A stretch of DNA of 64,000 nucleotides, from IMG/VR virus record IMGVR_UViG_3300034105_002232; one strand, given 5' to 3'. Positions 29,303 to 38,975 of this stretch are shown piece by piece; positions within the stretch are counted from its first letter, which is position 1; the number at the start of each line of letters is the position of its first letter. This stretch comes from a virus. The position numbers and the translations under genes are program-made. The notes under the pieces are model-generated. The model was not told the origin of the DNA. It saw only the letters and a program-made list of their open reading frames with translations, and did not search any database.

Positions 29303-31509
29303 TATAGGATCACTGCCTCAATTATGTTTGTGCCGTTGTTGGTGTTTACTTCAAGACTCTTGGCAAAAATTCTAACACCAAATCCAGTGTCTGAGCCAAC
29401 ACTTCTGGCATAGCCTGGAGTGGTTGAGGTCACCAGCAAATCACCTTTGGCCACTGGTCCGGAAACTCTAACTAATACTCGGCCTCTCAAGGCCACTGGC
29501 AATCCACTCACAGCAGCATTCATAAGATATGCTGGATTGGCACTGATTACACCAGCCACACGATGATCGGCAAATTCATTTGTGACTGTAATTTCGGCAT
29601 CACCGCCAAATACCACCACAGTACCAATTTCGTAGTTATCATCTGCTACATAGTTTTCTGCCAAGTCAGCATATTGTGCCTGAGTTGACACGCCGTACAG
29701 CGTACCCCACCAGTTGGTAGTAGATCCTAAGTCCTGGGTAGTGTTAGCGCTGGGTATAATCCATCCTGCTGTGTAAACATTTCCGGTTATGCCAGCGCCA
29801 CCTTTGATAATCAATGCACCAGTAGAATCTGATGTTGCAGAAGCAGTATTGCTCACAATCACTGCACCGTTTGATACTATCCTAAGTCCAGCTGCATAAT
29901 CAGCCCACGGCGTAATAGTTAAGTTTGCATTGTTGCTACCACCGTTGCCTGAAAAATAAATTAACGAATCACCAATTCTTGTAGACGGATTGTATGCACC
30001 GGCAGAAGCATTTGCAACAAAACTAAAAAATCCAGTGCTGTTATACAATGACAAATCAGGTGAACTGCTTGATACTGCCGATGAGTTAGTTATTTTTACC
30101 GCACCTGTCGCATCAATGGACTTGCCAGCACTACCGCCAATGTACAAATTACCAGTAGCAACACTGATACCACCAGTCACTTGTACTGCACCAGTTGTGG
30201 TGCTAGTGGCCTTGGTATTATTTCCAAATTGCGTTACAGCGTCGCCACCAATCCTGACAGTGGTTGCGGTTGTATTGAATAATTCACCAACTGCGGTAGT
30301 GGTCGTCACAGCAGCAGCAGTGCCGGTATTAATAGCAATGTTTGCAGTGGTTGTTAATACACCAGCCAAGGTCATTGCACCGCTAAAGTCTGTGTCGAAT
30401 GCCCAAATCTTACTATAACGAGTGCTAGTACTAGAACCAATTGTGTAGGTCAGATTTGTTTCTGGTACAATGTTTCTGGAATTAATTTGTCCTTGGACTG
30501 AAAGCCCAGTTAATGTGCCCAGGCTGGTGATGTATGGTTGTGCAGCAGTAAAAATATTACCCTGCACGTTGGCACGTACATTGCCACCAATGTTGGCCTG
30601 AAGATTACCAGCCCAGACGTTACCTGCAACACCAATGCCGCCTTTGACCGTTACAGCACCAGTCACTGCAGATGTAGATTGTGTAGTATCGTTAAAGATA
30701 GTGGCCAACCCAATGGTGCCACCATCAAATGCTTGTGCAGCAGTTTGTACCGGACTGCCGTTGATATAAATGGTATCTGCACCGGCAAAGTTCATGTTGC
30801 CAATATGGTATCCAGTAATTGCAAGGTTACCAATGTTGGCAAAAGTGGAAACAACATTGCCTGCTACATACAGGTTACCAGCAACACTGGCTCCACCTGA
30901 TACCTTTAATGCACCGGTCACGTTGCTGATTGACGATGTGGTGTTACTGAGCAATAAAGATCCAAACTGCACATTGCCTGGAGTACCAGCGGTGATAATG
31001 TTCGCTGAATCGGTTATGTCATCAAGATAAACCAAACTTCTAGTGGAGTTCTGCCATCCCAGGAATGACTTGAACTCGGCTCCTTCGTAATATTGCCATT
31101 CAAGTCCGATGTCTTTGGCGTCGTCAGTGACCAATGGTGTAGCAGAATAGTGTATTTGTAAAATTGGCGAACTGGAATTTTGCGAGGTTTGGGCCAGCTG
31201 AGTCCCGGACACTGTCAAGTTACCAAAGATTGTAACATTACCAAAAATTAATGCGCCGTTACTTTGGACTGTTAAGTTGCCTGCACTAGTGATAGTATTG
31301 GACACAATTGAGTTGGCATTTACCCAGGTGTTTGAATAGATGTATCCTGCAGTGACGCTGACTGCACTGATAATACTAGATTGTGTTCCAGCAAACAATC
31401 CACCGTTGATAAAGTCAAAATTGTCATTGACTGTGTCAAAGGCATTCCTGATTACATCGCCGGTACCGTCATTTGCTGTTGCTCCTGTATTAATTAAATT
31501 AATTGCCAT
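29302..31509 (-). CDS. tail fibre protein with C-terminal chaperone-like domain
   Basis: ANDGTGD..R.AF N-terminus, STxxTGAxxVxGG repeats, AQYADLAENY domain. Confidence 0.78.
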   Translation of the reverse strand: MAINLINTGATANDGTGDVIRNAFDTVNDNFDFINGGLFAGTQSSIISAVSVTAGYIYSNTWVNANSIVSNTITSAGNLTVQSNGALIFGNVTIFGNLTVSGTQLAQTSQNSSSPILQIHYSATPLVTDDAKDIGLEWQYYEGAEFKSFLGWQNSTRSLVYLDDITDSANIITAGTPGNVQFGSLLLSNTTSSISNVTGALKVSGGASVAGNLYVAGNVVSTFANIGNLAITGYHIGNMNFAGADTIYINGSPVQTAAQAFDGGTIGLATIFNDTTQSTSAVTGAVTVKGGIGVAGNVWAGNLQANIGGNVRANVQGNIFTAAQPYITSLGTLTGLSVQGQINSRNIVPETNLTYTIGSSTSTRYSKIWAFDTDFSGAMTLAGVLTTTANIAINTGTAAAVTTTTAVGELFNTTATTVRIGGDAVTQFGNNTKATSTTTGAVQVTGGISVATGNLYIGGSAGKSIDATGAVKITNSSAVSSSSPDLSLYNSTGFFSFVANASAGAYNPSTRIGDSLIYFSGNGGSNNANLTITPWADYAAGLRIVSNGAVIVSNTASATSDSTGALIIKGGAGITGNVYTAGWIIPSANTTQDLGSTTNWWGTLYGVSTQAQYADLAENYVADDNYEIGTVVVFGGDAEITVTNEFADHRVAGVISANPAYLMNAAVSGLPVALRGRVLVRVSGPVAKGDLLVTSTTPGYARSVGSDTGFGVRIFAKSLEVNTNNGTNIIEAVIL

Positions 31510-31529
31510 GTTTTATCCATTTTACTTAT

Positions 31530-34163
31530 TTAACCACCCAACAACTTCAATCTTTCTGCCAGCTGATCCAATGCATTGCCTATAGTACTCACGTTGCTAG
31601 TCCAATTTTGGTAATTGCCCATGGTGTATCCAACTGCGCCTAAACTGATATTACCTATATTGGCATCAAGCACAGGGATAGTAATACTAACAATATTACC
31701 TATATTGGCATCAAGCACAGGGATAGTAATACTAACGATATTACCTATATTGGCATCAATGGTAGGAATAGTAACACTAACAATATTACCTATATTGGCA
31801 TCTAGTCCTTGAACACTTGACGCTCCGTTATTATAAAAAACATCACCAACAGTGAAAATGCCCTGAGCAGCAACGTAAAAAGGACCATCTTTAGTCAGAC
31901 CTGCTACAGAAGTGTTAGCGACAAACCATACATTGCCGTCGGTCCTAATAGCGGCATTACCACCTATTACAGTCAAGTATCCGTCGTGTGCATATTCGGC
32001 TGTGCCAGTGTCACCAGCCGGCACAACAAAATTGCCGGACCAGTTACTGGAATTCATTCCAATGTTTAAATAATTTGCAGTATCACTGCCATCATCGGCT
32101 GTGATCACAATGTCGCCCGAAGCGTCAGCTCCAGAATTGGTGTTTTGTACCACCAATTGATAATAGCCGTTGACATTACCAGTAAACACACCGGCCTGAT
32201 TAGGATACACAATTGGGGACGGCGCACCAACTATTAACGATCCAGTGGCTGTGATATTTGCATTAGCTGTAATATTTTCTGCCTGTACATTGCCGTTAAA
32301 AATTTGTCCGGAAATATTTGCAGAGTAGGTCTGTAAGGTTAGTATATCTGCAGTGTTTAAACCGGTATCATAAAGAAGCGTACTTATATTGGATTGTTGA
32401 GTGGCTGCATTTGCAGTTAACGTGGTGATACTGGCTGCCTGGGTTGCTGCGTTTGCAGTCAACGTGGTGATGTTTGTAGTAGCAGTACCTAGGTTTGCAT
32501 CAATTGTTGTCAACGATGTTGCCTGGGCTGCTGCATTGGCAATCAAGGTGTTTAATATACCCGACTGTGATCCTGCGTTTGCATACAGAGCATCAATATC
32601 CAATGCTTGGGCTGCAGCATTTGCAGTCAACGTGGTAAGTGTAGTTGCCTGGGTTGCTGCGTTTGCATACAGAGCATCAATATCCAATGCTTGGGCTGCA
32701 GCATTTGCAGTCAACGTGGTAAGTGTAGTTGCCTGGGCGGCTGCGTTTGCAGTCAACGTGGTGATGCTGGTTGCTTGAGTGGCTGCATTTGCAGTCAATG
32801 TAGATGCTTGTGTTGCCGCGTTTGTCCGTAAACTATCAATATCTAATGCCTGGGCTGCTGCGTTTGCAGTCAACGTGGTTAATGTAGATGCTTGTGTTGC
32901 TGCATTTGCAGTCAACGTGGTGATGCTGGCTGCCTGTGTTGCTGCATTTGCAGTTAATGCATCAATTGCTAACGCTTGTGTTGCTGCGTTTGCAGTCAAC
33001 GTGGTAAGTGTAGTTGCCTGGGTCGCTGCATTTGCAGTCAATGTTGATAAGTTTGCGTACTGGGCGGCTGCGTTTGCATACAGAGCATCAATTTCTAATG
33101 TCTGACTGGCTGCGTTTGCAGTCAACGTGGTAAGTGTAGTTGCCTGGGCGGCTGCGTTTGCAATCAATGTGGTAAGCGTAGTTGCCTGAGCTGCTGCATT
33201 ACTGAATAACGTAGTAATGTTGGCTGATAATATGCCAATGTCAGCAGCCTGGGCTGCTGCGTTTGCAGTCAATGTGTTTAGTGTACCCGACTGTGATCCT
33301 GCATTAGATAACAGGCTGTTAATATCCAATGCTTGACTGGCTGCATTAGATTGTAATAAAGATATTGCAACATTAGCTGCAGACACATTGGCCCGTAAGG
33401 CCACCATCTCTGTAGATTGGCTTGCTGCATTGGCAATCAAGGTGTTTAATGTGCTGCCTTGCGTTCCTGCATTGGCTTGTAACGCAACTATATCACTAGT
33501 CTGACTAGCTGCATTGGCCGTTAAAGTGGTCAACGTGGTAGCCTGACTGGCAGCATTTGACAACAAAGAGGATATGTTGGCAGACTGAGTAGCTGCATTG
33601 GCAACCAGGGTGTTTAGTGTAACTGCCTGACTGGCAGCGTTTGCCTGTAATACCGCAATAGCAGCGTTGGCAGCAGTGATGTTTGCATTGATTACTGTCA
33701 AGTTTGAAGCAATTGCAGAATTTGATAATGCGCTAGTGATGCTGGAATCAACATAAGTCACATTGGCTTTGACACTGACCAGGCTGTTTATCTGGGTAGC
33801 CTGAGCAGCAGAATTGCTTTCAAGTGTGGTTATTCTTGCTGAATGATTACTTATAACTGCATTAGCAGCGGCAACATTTGCATTAATTGAGTTGTATGTT
33901 GCGCCCGACACATTGGCTATATTTGCAGCAATTGCAGCATTTACATAGGCTTTACTAACGCCGCCAGTAATATCATTTACAGTTAGTACTACATTTCCAA
34001 CACGTCCGGCTACAGAATGTACCAATACATTAGCGGCCGTAACTTCAACGTTGCCGCTGTAAAGTTCGGTGAAATTATCATTAATTTTTGTAAATGCAAC
34101 ACGTAAGTCGTCGCCAGTTCCGTCACTAGCCGAGGTACCTACTTCAACAGTTTGTTTTGCCAT
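31530..34163 (-). CDS. long coiled-coil tail fibre/whisker protein
   Basis: SDGTGDDLRVAF N-terminus; extensive 14-residue TLTANAAxQA repeats. Confidence 0.78.
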   Translation of the reverse strand: MAKQTVEVGTSASDGTGDDLRVAFTKINDNFTELYSGNVEVTAANVLVHSVAGRVGNVVLTVNDITGGVSKAYVNAAIAANIANVSGATYNSINANVAAANAVISNHSARITTLESNSAAQATQINSLVSVKANVTYVDSSITSALSNSAIASNLTVINANITAANAAIAVLQANAASQAVTLNTLVANAATQSANISSLLSNAASQATTLTTLTANAASQTSDIVALQANAGTQGSTLNTLIANAASQSTEMVALRANVSAANVAISLLQSNAASQALDINSLLSNAGSQSGTLNTLTANAAAQAADIGILSANITTLFSNAAAQATTLTTLIANAAAQATTLTTLTANAASQTLEIDALYANAAAQYANLSTLTANAATQATTLTTLTANAATQALAIDALTANAATQAASITTLTANAATQASTLTTLTANAAAQALDIDSLRTNAATQASTLTANAATQATSITTLTANAAAQATTLTTLTANAAAQALDIDALYANAATQATTLTTLTANAAAQALDIDALYANAGSQSGILNTLIANAAAQATSLTTIDANLGTATTNITTLTANAATQAASITTLTANAATQQSNISTLLYDTGLNTADILTLQTYSANISGQIFNGNVQAENITANANITATGSLIVGAPSPIVYPNQAGVFTGNVNGYYQLVVQNTNSGADASGDIVITADDGSDTANYLNIGMNSSNWSGNFVVPAGDTGTAEYAHDGYLTVIGGNAAIRTDGNVWFVANTSVAGLTKDGPFYVAAQGIFTVGDVFYNNGASSVQGLDANIGNIVSVTIPTIDANIGNIVSITIPVLDANIGNIVSITIPVLDANIGNISLGAVGYTMGNYQNWTSNVSTIGNALDQLAERLKLLGG
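31647..31803. repeat. 42-bp tandem repeat (about 3.5 copies; DANIGNIVSITIPV)
   Basis: ATATTACCTATATTGGCATC recurs every 42 nt. Confidence 0.85.
32400..33650. repeat. degenerate 42-bp coding repeats (ANAAxQAxxLxxLT)
   Basis: Repeated GCTGCGTTTGCAGTCAACGTGGT units. Confidence 0.85.
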
Positions 34164-34192
34164 AAATCATCCTTGTACAAGGTATTTATGGC
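34159..34192 (-). promoter_or_regulatory. late promoter in a hairpin that sequesters the RBS and ATG of the tail-fibre operon
   Basis: GCCATAAAT/ATTTATGGC 9-bp inverted repeat plus inner CCTT/AAGG; TAAATA in the 5' arm. Confidence 0.7.
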
Positions 34193-34219
34193 TTTTGTAG
34201 AGATTGGTTGTTTGGGCAA

Positions 34220-34543
34220 CTACACGCTGAAGCTGCTGCCGCATCCGCATGAAGTTACAGCCTGGGGATTGTCAATGACAAAACTGGCCCCCATTGTGTC
34301 TTCTTTGTAATTGACTTTGGCATTTTGTAGGTATTGCGCACTCATGCTGTCAACCAGCAAAGATACGCCATCAAAGTCCATGGTAAAATCATCCTCGCCG
34401 GTTTCTTCGTCAAAGGTGAACCCATATTGCATACCTGAGCATCCGCCGCCCTGCACAAATACACGCAGTTTAAGATTGGGATTATCTTCTTCTGCAATCA
34501 GTTGTTTGATCTTGCTCACTGCACTTTCGTTTAGTTCTATCAT
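34220..34543 (-). CDS. erpA: A-type Fe-S carrier (ErpA/IscA)
   Basis: [17 protein letters not shown] and SCGCGSSF; start refined to MIELNE. Confidence 0.9.
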   Translation of the reverse strand: MIELNESAVSKIKQLIAEEDNPNLKLRVFVQGGGCSGMQYGFTFDEETGEDDFTMDFDGVSLLVDSMSAQYLQNAKVNYKEDTMGASFVIDNPQAVTSCGCGSSFSV

Positions 34544-35091
34544 GCTCGGTCTCCGGCGTAAATTCTGCGATTGACGTATTCCCAATTTATAATACGCCAT
34601 ATGTTGGTTAGGTATTTCTTTTTATCAGCGCCATAATCTTGTATGTATGAGTGTTCCCACCAATCTACCAGTAAAGCAATATCTGTGCGCTTGGCATGAT
34701 TTTTGATGGTTTTTATCTGTCCACCACGGCTAAGATAAATCCAGTTTGATCCCTGCAGCTTCATTGCTTGTTCTGCAAATTCTTTCTTGAAATCAGTAAA
34801 TGTGCCAAAATGCCTGTTTATCAATGCTAGGCTTGCACCACTTGGGCTGTTTCCATTTTTTGGTGCTCTAAGTTGTGGAAAAAAGATGTTGTGCAAATAC
34901 GCACCTGCTTCGTTAAAACTAGCATCGCCCTCACCGCGATTATAACGATCAACGTAACCACGAGCCAGTTTACCATAGTGATTGTCTAGAGTAGTTTTGC
35001 TCATAACTGGCGCAAGACTGGTCATGCTGTAGGGCAATTTCCTAAGCTCTAGTTTTGGTTTATCTTCTGTAAGATCAATAATTTCACGCAT
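34540..35091 (-). CDS. Fe/Mn superoxide dismutase
   Basis: LPY..LAPVMS..T...H, LHNIFF, GSNW, DWWEHSY. Confidence 0.85.
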   Translation of the reverse strand: MREIIDLTEDKPKLELRKLPYSMTSLAPVMSKTTLDNHYGKLARGYVDRYNRGEGDASFNEAGAYLHNIFFPQLRAPKNGNSPSGASLALINRHFGTFTDFKKEFAEQAMKLQGSNWIYLSRGGQIKTIKNHAKRTDIALLVDWWEHSYIQDYGADKKKYLTNIWRIINWEYVNRRIYAGDRA

Positions 35092-35095
35092 ACTG

Positions 35096-35314
35096 CTATT
35101 TATTACGATACACTATACGCCCGCGACTTAAATCGTATGGGCTCATTTCTATATCAACACTGTCCCCGGCCAGTATGCGTATATTATTCTTACGCAAACG
35201 ACCACTAATTGTGGCAATTATTGGGTGGTTATTTTCCAATACAACTCTGAACATGGCATTGGGCAGCAATTCCTCTACCACGCCTGTCATTCTGATTAGG
35301 TCTTCTTTACTCAC
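35096..35314 (-). CDS. infA: translation initiation factor IF-1
   Basis: KED.I...[15 protein letters not shown]...[27 protein letters not shown]. Confidence 0.95.
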   Translation of the reverse strand: MSKEDLIRMTGVVEELLPNAMFRVVLENNHPIIATISGRLRKNNIRILAGDSVDIEMSPYDLSRGRIVYRNK

Positions 35315-35336
35315 ACATTCCTTAAAAAACTATTTA

Positions 35337-35834
35337 TTAAATAGCTAGTGCCATTTCTTCGAATGTTTTGCATTTGTGATTCCACATGTTATTACTAATT
35401 TTAGGTGCACCTGTGTCTTTGTCAAACGGGATGGTATGTTCTTTTAGTATAGCAGGAAACGAAAAATAGTAAAATTTCTCCTGGATTCCTTCGTACACAC
35501 AGGCAAGAATATGTTCTTTGTTATCACATCCTGCTATGCCAGCAGCATAGCTGGCACCCCGGTTATACCGTCTTGCTATGCTAAATTTAGCATCTGCACC
35601 ATTGTCAAAATCAGACCCTACGCCTAATGTAATTGAAATCTTTTTATTAACTGTAGCGATTGCAATTTCAAGTAAATCTTCATAACCAAGGCAATAAAGT
35701 TTTTTAATTTCAAACGGAAAATAAGCACCTTTATGCTTTTCTATTATCAAAATTAAATGTTTTTGAATTTTGGTATTTTGTTTAATTTTTTTGTCGTACC
35801 AATCTGCTTTAAATCTATCTCTAGTAACTGACAC
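35337..35834 (-). CDS. hypothetical protein (AT-rich, possibly PD-(D/E)xK nuclease-like)
   Basis: ORF; SDFDNGADAK is weakly nuclease-like. Confidence 0.5.
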   Translation of the reverse strand: MSVTRDRFKADWYDKKIKQNTKIQKHLILIIEKHKGAYFPFEIKKLYCLGYEDLLEIAIATVNKKISITLGVGSDFDNGADAKFSIARRYNRGASYAAGIAGCDNKEHILACVYEGIQEKFYYFSFPAILKEHTIPFDKDTGAPKISNNMWNHKCKTFEEMALAI

Positions 35835-35836
35835 AA

Positions 35837-36238
35837 TTATCTCCTCATTGAACTGATGTCTTTGGCTTCTTGGTCGCTAAAAATAGGCACTGCATTACTT
35901 TTATGCATGGTACCAATGCCCACAATCTTATCGCCGGTATATTGCGGAGTTTGTTTGATGGTGACTGCGCCAGTGTGGCCGGTATCCAGGCTGGGCAATG
36001 ATCTCAATTCGGCCAGACGTGGATTAACTGGTGCCTTGTATGGCGCTGCACGGAGTCCACGAATACGACGTTTCTCATCAGCATCAACACCCCATTTGGC
36101 CTGTAGCTGTTTCCAATCTTGATCCAATTGTTCGGCTTGTTGTTTTTGGGCAGCACTGGACCATTTTTGCTTACCCTTGCGTTTGCCATTTGTGGATAAC
36201 CACGGACCTTCCATGTGCATTGACATAATTAATCCCAA
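35837..36238 (-). CDS. hypothetical phage protein (YTG..GIGTMHKSNAVP motif)
   Basis: ORF downstream of a sigma70 promoter. Confidence 0.7.
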   Translation of the reverse strand: MGLIMSMHMEGPWLSTNGKRKGKQKWSSAAQKQQAEQLDQDWKQLQAKWGVDADEKRRIRGLRAAPYKAPVNPRLAELRSLPSLDTGHTGAVTIKQTPQYTGDKIVGIGTMHKSNAVPIFSDQEAKDISSMRR

Positions 36239-36257
36239 AATAAGTGTATAGAGTTAC

Positions 36258-36286
36258 AGTATAGCAGAGTTGGTATTTTAGGTCAA
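36258..36286 (-). promoter_or_regulatory. sigma70 promoter
   Basis: TTGACC-17-TATACT with TG extension. Confidence 0.7.
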
Positions 36287-36724
36287 CGGTCCAACCACTT
36301 CAAACCCGTCTATTTGTTGCTTGTACGCATCGTCGAGTCCCAAATATAGGTATCTAAATCCACGAGCCCGATACACTGCGCACTCGTTTTTTAGGCTGTG
36401 TATGCCCAATCTCAGTTCAGGATCAACATAATCCCATGCAAATTGCACACATTCGGCATTTTGTGTATCGTAGCGTTTGATCAAGCTAAAAGCTATTAAC
36501 TGTTTGTTGTGATAGTATCCAATTACATCTGTGCCAGGATCTTGGTATTGACTGTCAAATATGGGCATCACACTGACAAATTTTTTGTATTCGCAATAGC
36601 GGCGGTAGATTTGATTCAATTGATCAATAGGCGGTGTGGTCAGGTACTGCCAATTGTTCAGGATACTGTAGTTTGTTTGATCAAGAACAATTCTAGAAAA
36701 CTTCATGTTTGTATATATCGCCAA
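36278..36724 (-). CDS. aminoacyl-tRNA-protein transferase C-terminal-like (ATE/Bpt, GNAT fold)
   Basis: YYHNKQLIAFS...FAWDY.DP.LRLGIHSL..E....RARGFRYLYLG resembles ATE_C. Confidence 0.6.
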   Translation of the reverse strand: MAIYTNMKFSRIVLDQTNYSILNNWQYLTTPPIDQLNQIYRRYCEYKKFVSVMPIFDSQYQDPGTDVIGYYHNKQLIAFSLIKRYDTQNAECVQFAWDYVDPELRLGIHSLKNECAVYRARGFRYLYLGLDDAYKQQIDGFEVVGPLT

Positions 36725-37191
36725 TCAACCACTTGGGCTAAATTTTCTTCACTCCAACCATCATAATAGCCTTTGGCTCGCAGCAGATCTGCAGACTCAT
36801 TGATCTTGGTCAACTTCTGTAATACCATGAGTCCACAGTGACCAAAATTCATGCAAACTCCTGATATCATTTCTTCAGCGTCAGGATGATCTTCTAGCAC
36901 CACGTAATCTTTATACATCAGGATACTGTTTATGTGTTTGGTGAATAATTCTATCTGACTAGCGGAAAATTTTGTGTGATCAAAACATAACACCACAACA
37001 TCATAATCATCCAAAAAGGTGACATAATTAGCAATCTCTAAAGGGTTGTCAAATACCACGTGGATTTTATTGGCAATCCTGGCCTGCCGTGCATAAGGAC
37101 AAGGAGCCCAGTTAGCAAGTAACGGATTTGGGTTTTCAACAAAGTTGATCAACCATTGAGTCAGTTGTTGTCTGATTTGATCTTGATCCAT
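36703..37191 (-). CDS. hypothetical protein (DUF1415-like CPYA/HP motifs)
   Basis: W..NFVE...CPYA...DHPD. Confidence 0.55.
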   Translation of the reverse strand: MDQDQIRQQLTQWLINFVENPNPLLANWAPCPYARQARIANKIHVVFDNPLEIANYVTFLDDYDVVVLCFDHTKFSASQIELFTKHINSILMYKDYVVLEDHPDAEEMISGVCMNFGHCGLMVLQKLTKINESADLLRAKGYYDGWSEENLAQVVDWRYIQT

Positions 37192-37478
37192 TGCAGTTCT
37201 TCATTTTTGTATGTTGATATATTGATCTTAGGGTAACGCTGTTGTGCCAACGCAATTACCTGTTCTTTGGTATCGGCCTGGGCAACAAAATTGTTATCAA
37301 CATCGTAACAAAGAACAACATTGTGGCCGTTTTGCTCAACTTGCTCAAAAACCACCATCTTGTGATGTTGCTCAATGGATTCCGCAGTTGAAGACTTGAT
37401 ATTGTGTACAGTTAGCCATACCGTGACCACACGATACAGAAACCAGATAGTTATTGCATAACCAAGCAATTCAAACAT
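37161..37478 (-). CDS. hypothetical membrane-anchored protein
   Basis: N-terminal TM. Confidence 0.6.
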   Translation of the reverse strand: MFELLGYAITIWFLYRVVTVWLTVHNIKSSTAESIEQHHKMVVFEQVEQNGHNVVLCYDVDNNFVAQADTKEQVIALAQQRYPKINISTYKNEELQWIKIKSDNN

Positions 37479-37486
37479 GTTTGATC

Positions 37487-37618
37487 CTAGGCATAATCAC
37501 GAATAATTTGTTCAACTTGCTCAAGGTCCACGCCCAGTGCCCGAGCAATTTTGATTGCTGGGTGTCCTTCTTTGTGCATCTCTAACACATCAAGTATTAG
37601 TCCTTTGTATGCTGCCAT
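37487..37618 (-). CDS. small HTH-like protein (43 aa), not in ORF track
   Basis: MAAYKGLILDVLEMHKEGHPAIKIARALGVDLEQVEQIIRDYA; AAGGA RBS. Confidence 0.6.
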   Translation of the reverse strand: MAAYKGLILDVLEMHKEGHPAIKIARALGVDLEQVEQIIRDYA

Positions 37619-37628
37619 CACGTTTCCT

Positions 37629-38459
37629 TTACGTCCAAAGTGCATCTCTAATTTTGATCAGGCGAATCATCATGGCCTCATCCTCCGTGCTGTACTTATC
37701 TTCTAGCTCACGCATTTTCTCATGCATGGCGTCAGTGTTAACTGCATCATCACCGTAGTCATCTAGATCGTCTAATATACCTCGACCATTACCCCATCTT
37801 GTCTCGCAGTAGGCTGTCCATCCGCTGGCTTCCATGGGCTCTACACGCATGGGTCGATACACAGTCCACCAGTAATACAGGTCAAGTATTTCCTGTGCGC
37901 GAACAGCTTGATAAGTGGGTTTGCCATACTCGGGATTATCTTTGTCCGTCCACTCATCATCTTGTTTGAGACCACGTGCCCAGTCAAGACTGGCTATACC
38001 AGCAGCCGGGCTGCGCCAAGTGCGCCAACGAAACCATCCAGTAGTATACCAAGGTGCAGCAAATTGCTTGTAGGCATCCTGGTTCCAGGCCACATGACTC
38101 CAGGCCTGTTCTACTTCTACAAAATCAACAAGCTCATTGAACAGGCAATAAAGAAACCGGTTACCAACGTCCAGCCAACTACCGGGTTTGATATCTCGTG
38201 GATGGGCAGTAAGAGCATGAGTGCGAGTAACCCAACGGTTATTAACATAATACTTAATATCATACAATTTGTCCGGGATGTAAAAAATAAAGTTCTGCAG
38301 ATAAGTTAGCCCATCGTCGGCCAACCAGTAACGAACAGGATGTGCCTGTTTGGCTCGGGCTGTCCACTCACGCCAACCTTTACTGGTCTCTGCAGCGGGG
38401 CTTGCTGTGCCACGCAGCCAGTCGGCAAATTTACTGCAACTCCAATAGTGATTTCTCAT
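37629..38459 (-). CDS. Trp-rich hypothetical phage protein
   Basis: ORF; start refined to MRNHYW. Confidence 0.75.
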   Translation of the reverse strand: MRNHYWSCSKFADWLRGTASPAAETSKGWREWTARAKQAHPVRYWLADDGLTYLQNFIFYIPDKLYDIKYYVNNRWVTRTHALTAHPRDIKPGSWLDVGNRFLYCLFNELVDFVEVEQAWSHVAWNQDAYKQFAAPWYTTGWFRWRTWRSPAAGIASLDWARGLKQDDEWTDKDNPEYGKPTYQAVRAQEILDLYYWWTVYRPMRVEPMEASGWTAYCETRWGNGRGILDDLDDYGDDAVNTDAMHEKMRELEDKYSTEDEAMMIRLIKIRDALWT

Positions 38460-38743
38460 TGTTTGATCTCTTTCTGTACAGCCGGATCTGTTTGTTTTTC
38501 GTTCACACAATAGCCGCCTTTGAACTGATAAACTGTTGATTCCACAGACATTCTTTCATAAATTTCATTGTTGAAACACTTGTACGGGTCTTTGTATATG
38601 TTTATACCATAATAATACACGCCATATCCGATACCACCCAGTACACCCAGTACCAATACCAAAATCACAATGCTTTTGAGGTTGCCCATGAGACTGGGTA
38701 TAAACGCCAGTATCTGCGGCAAGAACTTTAATATGTCTTTCAT
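38456..38743 (-). CDS. hypothetical membrane protein
   Basis: TM helix; ATGA coupling at both ends. Confidence 0.6.
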   Translation of the reverse strand: MKDILKFLPQILAFIPSLMGNLKSIVILVLVLGVLGGIGYGVYYYGINIYKDPYKCFNNEIYERMSVESTVYQFKGGYCVNEKQTDPAVQKEIKQ

Positions 38744-38958
38744 TCAGCAATCCCAAAATGTTTTTTGATTTCGTACTCTAGTATACTTGAACTCTTGGCT
38801 TGTGTAAACCCTTGTGGGGTATTTTCTGCATCTTTGATTACCTGAATGCATTCTGCTATCAGCCTGTTTGCGAAACGTTGCCCGGTTGAATTCCACATAG
38901 GGCTAAGGTAAATGTTAAAATGCGACTGTTCGGCTAGTTCTTTAAAAGGATCATCCAT
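38740..38958 (-). CDS. paralog-array member (diverged)
   Basis: ELAEQ...RFA..LIAECI...IKKHFGIAE. Confidence 0.7.
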   Translation of the reverse strand: MDDPFKELAEQSHFNIYLSPMWNSTGQRFANRLIAECIQVIKDAENTPQGFTQAKSSSILEYEIKKHFGIAE

Positions 38959-38975
38959 TGTTCAATTCCAAAAGG

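Noticed and set aside
32401-33105. Plus-strand Ala/Val-rich ORFs
   Set aside because: Antisense shadows of the repetitive tail-fibre gene.
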